Notes under the pieces: generated by a model
Database searches by the model: none
Seen by the model: only the letters and a program-made list of their open reading frames with translations
What the model was told of the DNA's origin: nothing
Program-made: the position numbers and the translations under genes
Origin: Patescibacteria group bacterium
Lineage (GTDB): Bacteria; Patescibacteriota; Microgenomatia; UBA12405
Direction of reading: 5' to 3'
DNA length: 64,000 bases
Assembly: GCA_023380755.1 (NCBI GenBank)
Contig: JAMCSD010000006.1
Span: 120,385 to 184,384, forward strand
In this document: in pieces, positions 48,790 to 57,749 of the stretch
Position numbering within the stretch: the stretch's first letter is position 1
How the letters are laid out: each line of letters opens with the position of its first letter

Positions 48790-49692
48790 ATCAAAGTTTT
48801 ACTGTTAACCGCTGCCACTCTGATTGCCCTTTTTTATCTTAAGTTGTTTATTCCCGCCTCGGTCACTGCCCCGACCCAACCCCGGCCGTCACCCACTCTC
48901 ACTCCGACTCCCATCCCTAGCCCTACCTCTACTCCCACCCCGCTACCTACGTCCACCCCCCGTCCGACTCCTCGCCCTTCGCCCTCCGTAGTTTCAACAA
49001 AGGAGGGTCCCAAAACCGGCCAATCCGTCACCATCGATAGCGGCACCTTCACTGTCAACGTTATTTCAGCTAATTTAAATGACACCAAGGTAGTGGTGGA
49101 TACCGCCTCCGACTCCGATTGTGCCAACAACTGCCCGGTCAAATCTTTGGCTGAATTTGCCCAAAGGCGTGGCGCTATTGCTGCCATCAATGGGCCTTAT
49201 TTTTGCCCCGGAAGTTATCCCGCCTGTGCCGGCAAAACTAACTCCTTCGATACCCTCCTGATGAATCTCAACAAAACCTACTTTAATTCCAATAATAATG
49301 TTTACAGCCAAAACCCGGTCGCCATCTTTTCGGCTACTTCCCGTTTTGTCGCCGCTGGCCAGGAGTGGGGGAGAGATACTTCGGTAGATTCCGTCATTAT
49401 GAGCCGGCCCCTTTTAGTCTTTAATAACGAAGTCAAATTTTTTGGTAATGGTGACTCCAAGGAAACGGAAAAAGTCAGCCGGGCTTTTATTGGCGCCACC
49501 GGCTCGACAGTTTATATCGGCGTGGTTTACACTGCTTCGGTCGCCGACATGGCCAAAGTTTTACAAAAAATGGGTATCCAAAATGCCCTTAATTTAGACA
49601 GCTCTGGCTCCCTGGCTTTCTGGGCCAATGGCCGCTATCTCGCCGGTCCCGGCCGCAATACTCCTTTTGGCATTCTTTTAGTCAAGCGCTAA
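48790..49692 (+). CDS. Phosphodiester glycosidase (NAGPA-like) protein with P/T linker
   Basis: AAINGPYF, NALNLDSSGS; start uncertain (ATC 48790 or TTG 48844). Confidence 0.8.
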   Translation: MKVLLLTAATLIALFYLKLFIPASVTAPTQPRPSPTLTPTPIPSPTSTPTPLPTSTPRPTPRPSPSVVSTKEGPKTGQSVTIDSGTFTVNVISANLNDTKVVVDTASDSDCANNCPVKSLAEFAQRRGAIAAINGPYFCPGSYPACAGKTNSFDTLLMNLNKTYFNSNNNVYSQNPVAIFSATSRFVAAGQEWGRDTSVDSVIMSRPLLVFNNEVKFFGNGDSKETEKVSRAFIGATGSTVYIGVVYTASVADMAKVLQKMGIQNALNLDSSGSLAFWANGRYLAGPGRNTPFGILLVKR

Positions 49693-49736
49693 TTGATCTC
49701 TTGTCCTTTCGGGTTTTATTCGGGTATACTTATCTT

Positions 49737-49994
49737 ATGAATCTCAAGGTCGATGTCCCGGTTGCCGTTACCTTATTATACGAGCCCAAAGGGGCCAAAA
49801 TCTGCCCTTTGGCCGTTCGCTGGGATGGCCGGGTTTACCGGATTAGCAAATTAGGCTTGCACCACACCTTCCGTGAGGGCCGCACCCTTTACCATGTTTT
49901 TTCCGTGGCTTCGGAAACCGCCTTTTTTCGTTTAGTTTTAAACACCGACAACTTATTTTGGCGCCTAACGGAGGTCTCTGATGGTGAATCCTAA
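49737..49994 (+). CDS. Small hypothetical protein co-transcribed with dinB
   Basis: P..V.W.GR.Y.I ... F.L.L......W.L pattern; overlaps dinB; TATACT 6 nt upstream. Confidence 0.7.
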   Translation: MNLKVDVPVAVTLLYEPKGAKICPLAVRWDGRVYRISKLGLHHTFREGRTLYHVFSVASETAFFRLVLNTDNLFWRLTEVSDGES

Positions 49995-51249
49995 GCCGGT
50001 CATTGGACTGCCCTTCAACCAAAAGCCTTCCACCCTGCTCCATATCGACCTTAATTCCTGCTTTGCCACCATTGAGCAGCAGGCCAATCCCTTGCTCCGC
50101 GGCCGGCCCATTGCCGTGGCGGCCTACACTACTCCTTCCGGCTGTATCTTGGCCCCATCGGTGGAGGCCAAACGCCTCGGCGTTAAGGTCGGCATGCGGG
50201 TCAAAGAGGGGAAACTCTTGTGTCCGGACCTCCAAATCCTTGGCCCCGACCCCTGGAAATACCGCAATATTCATCTCCAGCTGAAGACCCTCCTTTCCCA
50301 ATACAGTGCCTCTGTAGTCCCTAAATCCATTGATGAATTTGTCGTCGACCTGGAGGGTTACCCCAGTTTTCAGTGGGGGGTTCAGACCGCCGCCCAAACT
50401 ATCAAAAATCGCATTAAACAGGAAATTGGCGACTGGCTGACGGTTTCCGTCGGCATCGGCCCCAACCGTTTTTTGGCCAAACTCGCCGCTGGCCTCAAAA
50501 AACCCGATGGCCTGGAAGAAATTAACTGCCAAAATTATTCTGATGTTTATCGCCACTTAACTTTAATGGATATTACCGGCATTAAAAAGGCCAATACTGC
50601 CCGCCTTAATTCTGTCGGCGTCTATACCGTCCTCGATTTTTACCGCGCCCCGGTTTCCGCTCTGCGCTCGGCTTTTCATTCTATTAACGGCTATTACTGG
50701 TACTTGCGCCTCCGTGGCTGGGAGATTGATGACGTAGATTTCGGCCGTAAAAGCTTTGGCAACATGTATTCTTTGCCGGAAACCAAAACTACTCCCGAGG
50801 AGCTTTCTCCCATTCTTCACAAACTGGTGGAAAAGTCGTCTGAGCGCATGCGGAGTGCTGGCTACTTTGCCCGCGGCGTCCATGTGGCCCTCCTTTATCG
50901 TGACCATTCTTTTTGGCATCATGGCCATGTCAGCCACGATCTCCTTTACGACCCCCGCGACGTTTACAAATCTGCCTTTCGCATTTTAACCGCCGCTCCC
51001 TACCGCAAACCGGTGGCCAACCTCGCCATTTCTTGTTTTGATTTACAAAAGACTGCCACCTGCCAACTCGATCTTTTCCGTGACCTTAATCGGCAAACCC
51101 GGTTGGTTGATGCTATTGATGATGTCAACCAGCGTTGGGGTAGCTTTGTCATTACTCCGGCGGCCATGTTGGCTGCCCGCGACCTGGTTCCCGACCGGAT
51201 TGCCTTTGGTGGCGTCAAAGAATTAGAGCAGTATATTTTGGCAAAATAA
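49981..51249 (+). CDS. dinB: Y-family DNA polymerase IV
   Basis: HIDLNSCFA, S.EAK..GV, SIDE, SVGIGPN.FLAKLA. Confidence 0.93.
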   Translation: MVNPKPVIGLPFNQKPSTLLHIDLNSCFATIEQQANPLLRGRPIAVAAYTTPSGCILAPSVEAKRLGVKVGMRVKEGKLLCPDLQILGPDPWKYRNIHLQLKTLLSQYSASVVPKSIDEFVVDLEGYPSFQWGVQTAAQTIKNRIKQEIGDWLTVSVGIGPNRFLAKLAAGLKKPDGLEEINCQNYSDVYRHLTLMDITGIKKANTARLNSVGVYTVLDFYRAPVSALRSAFHSINGYYWYLRLRGWEIDDVDFGRKSFGNMYSLPETKTTPEELSPILHKLVEKSSERMRSAGYFARGVHVALLYRDHSFWHHGHVSHDLLYDPRDVYKSAFRILTAAPYRKPVANLAISCFDLQKTATCQLDLFRDLNRQTRLVDAIDDVNQRWGSFVITPAAMLAARDLVPDRIAFGGVKELEQYILAK

Positions 51250-51285
51250 CCCGATTTTGTGAGATAATACTCCGTCTTTTGATTT

Positions 51286-51310
51286 CGCACTTTCACATAC
51301 TAAGGAAGGT
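51286..51310 (+). promoter_or_regulatory. boxA-like element plus leader arm/SD (unit 7)
   Basis: CGCACTTTCACAT then AAGGAAGGT, reverse complement of 52392-52400. Confidence 0.55.
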
Positions 51311-51317
51311 TATTTGT

Positions 51318-51731
51318 ATGTTGCAACAACTACTGTTCGCCACCCCCGATCGTCGCCAAACCGGTCAACTTTATTACTTAGCTTACAATTTGCCGGGAAA
51401 TCATATCTTTTTCACCGTTACAAAAAATGAGATAGTTGGAGTTGATTTTCGTGCTTTTGCCGTTGCTCAAATTAAAAGTGATCTAAAAATTCCTGAGTAC
51501 GCTCTCAACTACTTCTACTTTGAAATCTGTACTCACCGACTCTACCCAGAACTTCAATCAGGCGAATATCGGGTCAATATTTGTGTCCCCAGTCAACGAC
51601 ATGGTCGAAACATGGTCGACGTCTATCCGTTTACGAGTACTCTTACTCAAGGTCCGCTCACTTTCAACACCCACACCTTGTGGACGCTACCATTCGAAGT
51701 GACAAAAGAGTTTGCTGAGTTTATTGCCTAA
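51318..51731 (+). CDS. Hypothetical protein (unit 7, paralog A)
   Basis: Start refined to ATG 51318; shares IFFT / TH..Y..L..GEY / LW.LP..V..EF with the next ORF. Confidence 0.72.
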   Translation: MLQQLLFATPDRRQTGQLYYLAYNLPGNHIFFTVTKNEIVGVDFRAFAVAQIKSDLKIPEYALNYFYFEICTHRLYPELQSGEYRVNICVPSQRHGRNMVDVYPFTSTLTQGPLTFNTHTLWTLPFEVTKEFAEFIA

Positions 51732-51739
51732 GGAGTCAC

Positions 51740-52369
51740 ATGAGAATCATTAAATCGGAGCTTCTGCCGGCTAATGCCAGCCTTGTGGTTTACAGCCGCT
51801 ACCTCGATCAAATTTTCTTTACTGGCTTGTCCCCCTTTGGCCGGGCCATGTCCACGGTCAATCAAGCCGAAGAAATTATCATTGCTCTTTGCCAGCAGGA
51901 AAGGCTTGATCTTCACGGCACGATGTTTTTTGACCTCCGGACCCATCTTCAATATGACTATTTGCGCCCCGGAGAGTATGAAGCTTATTATGTTTTTTGC
52001 CAGCGCCGCAATCTCCACGTTAGCCTCCACTGGCAGCTTATGTCAGCTAACACCGACCGCTTTAAAACCCGTGACCTTTGGCAACTTCCTAAGGCCGTTC
52101 TCCATGAATTTCGTACCTACATCTTTGCTCCCCGCTGGGGTGAGGAAGTGACCCTCAACCTCGTCGATTGGATTGCCGGACTGACTCCCGATGAAGTTGA
52201 AAAGGAAATAAATACTCTCGTCCAGTCTGCCAATCTGCAACTCCAACCATCGGATAAAGAAACCACTGCTATCCAGTTGCGGCTCGCCCTGCGCCATTTT
52301 TTCGAAAATCCCTCACGTTACTCTCATTTACCTACCGTTTCGGCAGCCTTAGCCCCGATCCCTCTTTAG
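51740..52369 (+). CDS. Hypothetical protein (unit 7, paralog B)
   Basis: AAGGAG SD; paralogous motifs. Confidence 0.75.
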   Translation: MRIIKSELLPANASLVVYSRYLDQIFFTGLSPFGRAMSTVNQAEEIIIALCQQERLDLHGTMFFDLRTHLQYDYLRPGEYEAYYVFCQRRNLHVSLHWQLMSANTDRFKTRDLWQLPKAVLHEFRTYIFAPRWGEEVTLNLVDWIAGLTPDEVEKEINTLVQSANLQLQPSDKETTAIQLRLALRHFFENPSRYSHLPTVSAALAPIPL

Positions 52370-52410
52370 TGGCCGCCGCGACTCAACCATCACCTTCCTT
52401 GTTGTAAAAA

Positions 52411-52485
52411 TGCCCCGCCGCCTTCGGTCATACTGGTTCGTTTCTACCACAGAAACAACAACCCTAAAACCGAAGCAGCGGGGCA
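52411..52485 (+). terminator. Long 3' hairpin of unit 7
   Basis: TGCCCCGC..CTTCGGT / ACCGAAG..GCGGGGCA with inner GTTTCT/AGAAAC stem; no U-tract on the plus strand. Confidence 0.55.
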
Positions 52486-52568
52486 AAAACAAATCCGATT
52501 TTCCCGTAATACTAACCATCCTATAATATTGATTTTTCCCTTAATTTCTGATATTATCCACACTCGAT

Positions 52569-52702
52569 AGTAAGAAATGCCTCTCTGCGAGGCTTTTTTC
52601 TTGCTTTATTTTTGTACTTTAACAACCCGAGAGTATTTACACCTAACTTTGGAATGATGCGTTCGCTGTGCCCCGCTACCGCGGGATAGAGTGAACGTAT
52701 CA
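52569..52702 (+). promoter_or_regulatory. boxB-like hairpin, boxA-like element, leader arm and leader hairpin (unit 8)
   Basis: Hairpin 52569-52605; TGTACTTTAACAA 52613-52625; CGAGAGTATTTAC 52628-52640 equals revcomp of 55443-55455; hairpin 52655-52702. Confidence 0.72.
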
Positions 52703-52723
52703 ATCTACAAAGGAAGGTTAATC

Positions 52724-54445
52724 ATGTTTACCCGCCAGTTTCGTTTTTTACCGTTAGCCGTATACATTATCATTCTGTCTGCCTGCGCTACGTCCGTTGC
52801 GGTTACCGGTAGCGGTACTCCCATGGAGTATCTTTACGATCAGGTCTCGCAAGGGACACTCGCTGCCTGGGGTTTTGCCCACCTCGTGGTGCCTATACTC
52901 TGGGCTTGTGTGGTCGGTGTCGTTCTTGGCGCCTTCACCAATAAAGGCGTTGGTTTTATTGCCGGTATTGTTGTCGCGGTTGGTATCTTTATTTTCATGT
53001 CTGGTGATATCAACAATCGTGCTGATGCCCAGGGCATTCATGCCATGACTGCTGGTTTCGACCAAGCCAAGACTAATAAAGCCAATGTCTACATCGAAGT
53101 TTTGCATGTTCCGATAGTGGCTGCCACGGTTCAAACCCGCTCTTGCCGCTCCTCCATCAATTCCTCGACAGGTTGCGGTCCCTATGAATGGAGCCACGAA
53201 GTTAATCCTCATAAGTGCAACTGCACCTGCACCAGCAAGACCAAAAGTGGAACTTGTCTTAGTGAATCCTGTAACACCTGTTGGGATACAGAATACGTTC
53301 CGTACTTTAACCAGCTCGATCAGTATGCCATACGTGTTCGGATGATGGACTCGCTAGCTAATTCCGAAACGGGACTCACCAAAGATCCCAACACCAAGGA
53401 TTGCCCGACGCGTATCCTCTCCGATCATTGGATGGTACCGCCTGACTATAACAGTCACTGGTATGGAGGCAGCCGCTATCAGGTTAAAGCATCCGACTAC
53501 ACCCCACCCGCTGATTGGACTTTGTACTCCAACGCCTTGAAAAACAACACCATTCCTTTGGCGAATGTCTATCACCAGTATACTAATTGGACCTTCGCCT
53601 CCGACGCTACGGTCTACCGACAGACGCAAAACAATGTCGCTACCTACCAAAAAGCCGGACTCTTGCCGACTATGAATACCATATATAGTCGCCTTGGTCA
53701 GGGCTGGCCGGCGGCTTACGACTTTGTCCAATTCGTTGGTGGCCTCCATGTACCCCAGGATCAATACCAAGCTTGGCAAGATCTCGCGAGCACCTTCAGT
53801 ACCTTCTTTGGCAATGACCGCCAAGGTTCACTTGAGTTGGTCTTTGCGCCGAAGACTGCTGTTGATTCGCTGGGTACGGTCGATCTTTGGGCCGATACCA
53901 TCAGGGCTGCTTATTCTGCCAAGGGTGCTTGGGACTTTAGCCTCAACGGCCAAAAACTCCAGCGGCTAATGCCCAAGAACATGTTCATCATCGCCTGCGA
54001 AGTGGACGGCAACACCATCCCCGCCGCTGGCTGTCGTTTCCGCACCGGAATGCCTCAAGGCAACGAGCAAGTCATTGATGACTTTGCTACCGGTCGGCCG
54101 ACCCAACTTCTGAACATGACCTTCGCGCCAGTAAGCTTCTTTGGTGATCTTAAAGCCGTCCCGGCTCCCGGTAAAGACGGTTTCCCGGTGGTCAAATTAC
54201 AGCGAGACGGCAATCATCCGATTGATCTTCTCTTGCGCGATGACCCCGCCGGTGTTCGTCGTATCAGTATGAAAGGGTACGATTATCTGAAAGCGGATAT
54301 CACCTTGGACCAGTCAGAAATGACGGCCTTGGTTAACGCCGAGATTAAGGTCCAATCCGATGCCGCCCTCGTCTCAATAATCATCCCGATCGTGGCTTTA
54401 GTCATTGTCGGATTTGGTTTGGTTGCTATCAAGAGTCAGAGTTAA
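52724..54445 (+). CDS. Membrane protein with Cys-rich extracytoplasmic domain (unit 8)
   Basis: Lipobox-like LSAC, TM helices at both ends, CNCTC...C...CNTCW cluster; start refined to ATG 52724. Confidence 0.75.
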   Translation: MFTRQFRFLPLAVYIIILSACATSVAVTGSGTPMEYLYDQVSQGTLAAWGFAHLVVPILWACVVGVVLGAFTNKGVGFIAGIVVAVGIFIFMSGDINNRADAQGIHAMTAGFDQAKTNKANVYIEVLHVPIVAATVQTRSCRSSINSSTGCGPYEWSHEVNPHKCNCTCTSKTKSGTCLSESCNTCWDTEYVPYFNQLDQYAIRVRMMDSLANSETGLTKDPNTKDCPTRILSDHWMVPPDYNSHWYGGSRYQVKASDYTPPADWTLYSNALKNNTIPLANVYHQYTNWTFASDATVYRQTQNNVATYQKAGLLPTMNTIYSRLGQGWPAAYDFVQFVGGLHVPQDQYQAWQDLASTFSTFFGNDRQGSLELVFAPKTAVDSLGTVDLWADTIRAAYSAKGAWDFSLNGQKLQRLMPKNMFIIACEVDGNTIPAAGCRFRTGMPQGNEQVIDDFATGRPTQLLNMTFAPVSFFGDLKAVPAPGKDGFPVVKLQRDGNHPIDLLLRDDPAGVRRISMKGYDYLKADITLDQSEMTALVNAEIKVQSDAALVSIIIPIVALVIVGFGLVAIKSQS

Positions 54446-54465
54446 GTAATCGGAGGTAAAAACAC

Positions 54466-55446
54466 ATGAACCGCAAGAATAGTTTGACCCTGTTTGCCCT
54501 TTCGCTCGTCATCGCTTTGCTCGCTGCCTGTGGCTCTCCGGCTCAAACCGCCCTCGGTTTGTCCGCTGGTTTGAAAACCGCTTATATAGAAGCGGATACG
54601 GTCTACAGTCAGCTAGTCACCCAAGAAACCACCATCGACGCCGATTACCAAGTCTGGATGGAATCGTACAGTACGATGTTGGCTGGTGCCGGGGATCAGC
54701 TCACGCTGGTCAACCAGTGCTTCAGCAACACCGCCACAGTGATTGCCCAGGCAGCTAATAGCGTTTTCTCCAAGGATGCCAACGGTAACCCCGTTTCGGC
54801 AGCCGATGAAAACAAGGCCTTCATCAATGCCTTAGGTACGGGTGGCTCACTTTATGCCGGGAACGTTGACAAATGCCAGCAAGCCGCCTTGGATCTTATG
54901 TCCTATGTCCGCGTCAAGCGTGACAGCTTGCTTGGTGCTCGGACCAAGATCATTGACGAACTTCGTGCCTACGACTTGAGCCAGGTACGCAATCTCAAAA
55001 TTGCCACGGTGATGCACTTCTACAACCAGTACGGGCCTGAACTGGCACAACTGGAACAGAAGGGCGAAACCGCCCTCCTCGATGCGGTCGCTTCCGGTGC
55101 CGGCCTCCAGCCGATGCCGATTACCTTCATTGGTTTTCCGACTTCGGCGTTGAAGGTTGAGTCCCGCAGTCAGGATATCTGTTCGTATTATTACGGCCTG
55201 TATACCGGCGAAACCAAGACGCCCCAGAATCGGAATAAGGAGTTGTACTTAACGGATGACTGGAATCCGGCTTTAAAGAGCTGTCAGCTCTATCGTTACT
55301 CGGCTTATGAGTACATGAGCCGGGCGTTCCTGACTCAGCAAGCCTCAGTCCGCATTGATTGTGGACAAGATGCCGGAATTCAGGACAAAATGAATCCCGA
55401 TTGCACCGTCTCTTCACCGACCGCCGAACCCACCAAGACCAAGTAA
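54466..55446 (+). CDS. Helical lipoprotein, possibly LemA-like (unit 8)
   Basis: LAAC lipobox, GGAGG SD, helical pattern with R.K..D..RAY and F.GFPT. Confidence 0.65.
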   Translation: MNRKNSLTLFALSLVIALLAACGSPAQTALGLSAGLKTAYIEADTVYSQLVTQETTIDADYQVWMESYSTMLAGAGDQLTLVNQCFSNTATVIAQAANSVFSKDANGNPVSAADENKAFINALGTGGSLYAGNVDKCQQAALDLMSYVRVKRDSLLGARTKIIDELRAYDLSQVRNLKIATVMHFYNQYGPELAQLEQKGETALLDAVASGAGLQPMPITFIGFPTSALKVESRSQDICSYYYGLYTGETKTPQNRNKELYLTDDWNPALKSCQLYRYSAYEYMSRAFLTQQASVRIDCGQDAGIQDKMNPDCTVSSPTAEPTKTK

Positions 55447-55457
55447 ATACTCTCGCT

Positions 55458-55520
55458 CACTAGCGCTCGACCTGAAGGGGTTTTCCTTTCGAGAACCCCT
55501 TCTCTTTGACCGCGCTAGTG
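55458..55520 (+). other. Long 3' hairpin of unit 8
   Basis: CACTAGCGC..GAAGGGGTTTTC / GAGAACCCCTTC..GCGCTAGTG. Confidence 0.7.
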
Positions 55521-55583
55521 TGTCTGTCCTTCTACAAATGTGCGTTTGTACTGATGAGACCAAAAGGTCGAAAAGGATACACA
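55518..55583 (+). ncRNA. Type III hammerhead ribozyme (canonical core)
   Basis: UGUCCU-U-C | UACAAA(UGUGCG)UUUGUA | CUGAUGA | GACC(AAAA)GGUC | GAAA | AGGAUA; predicted cleavage after C55532. Confidence 0.92.
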
Positions 55584-55600
55584 GTAGATATATAATAAGT

Positions 55601-55622
55601 TGTTCCTTAAAAGTCTTGTTGG
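55601..55622 (+). promoter_or_regulatory. boxA-like element plus leader arm (unit 9)
   Basis: TGTTCCTTAAAA; CTTGTTGG equals revcomp of 55964-55971. Confidence 0.5.
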
Positions 55623-55655
55623 AATGCATTGATATATACACACCCAAAGGAGTTC

Positions 55656-55940
55656 ATGACGATGGAACTAAAGAAAGGTACCGTCCTCTGGTGCCGCAAT
55701 GGTAACGGATCAGTCAAGGTTGATGGCCGGTGTACCGCTTTTAGCCTTACCAACTATCAAATTTTACGCGCTGAAAATGACCACCTTGTCTGGCAAGCTT
55801 CGCAACGACCACCGGTCGCACCCGACGCATATGAAACCATTTGTCTTGAGCAGGATGACGTAACCGGCAAGGTCCTCCATTGGACCTCGAAGTATGTCTA
55901 CGACATTGCGGTTGCGCCATTGCTATCACAAAATAAATAA
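55656..55940 (+). CDS. Single-domain cold-shock/OB-fold-like protein, paralog of the 47311-48585 repeats (unit 9)
   Basis: LKKGTVLW...DHLVW...P...I...W....YD.A matches LKVGRIVRW...DHLEW...P...I...W....YDWA; AAGGAG SD. Confidence 0.7.
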   Translation: MTMELKKGTVLWCRNGNGSVKVDGRCTAFSLTNYQILRAENDHLVWQASQRPPVAPDAYETICLEQDDVTGKVLHWTSKYVYDIAVAPLLSQNK

Positions 55941-55972
55941 GTCGCCTACACTCGTTCTCCTCCCCAACAAGC

Positions 55973-56049
55973 CACGGCTAACAGACCTCAAATAAAATCA
56001 CTGGACCCCCAAGCGGATCCACAATCTTTTATTTTTGCTGTTAGCCGTG
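55973..56049 (+). terminator. Long 3' hairpin of unit 9
   Basis: CACGGCTAACAG / CTGTTAGCCGTG perfect 12-bp closing stem. Confidence 0.65.
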
Positions 56050-56071
56050 TTTAATCAATTTTAATTACTCA

Positions 56072-56106
56072 AAATCCCCCCGCTGCGGCGGGGGGATTTC
56101 TTTTTG
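56072..56106. terminator. Bidirectional terminator
   Basis: AAATCCCCCCGC TGCG GCGGGGGGATTT. Confidence 0.85.
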
Positions 56107-56120
56107 GTTCCCATCTTTTA

Positions 56121-57716
<1,596 letters not shown>

Positions 57717-57749
57717 CTAACACGCCCCGGTTGACCGATGCAAATCCGT

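Noticed and set aside
55520-55705. 61-aa ORF over the ribozyme
   Set aside because: No SD; better explained by the RNA structure
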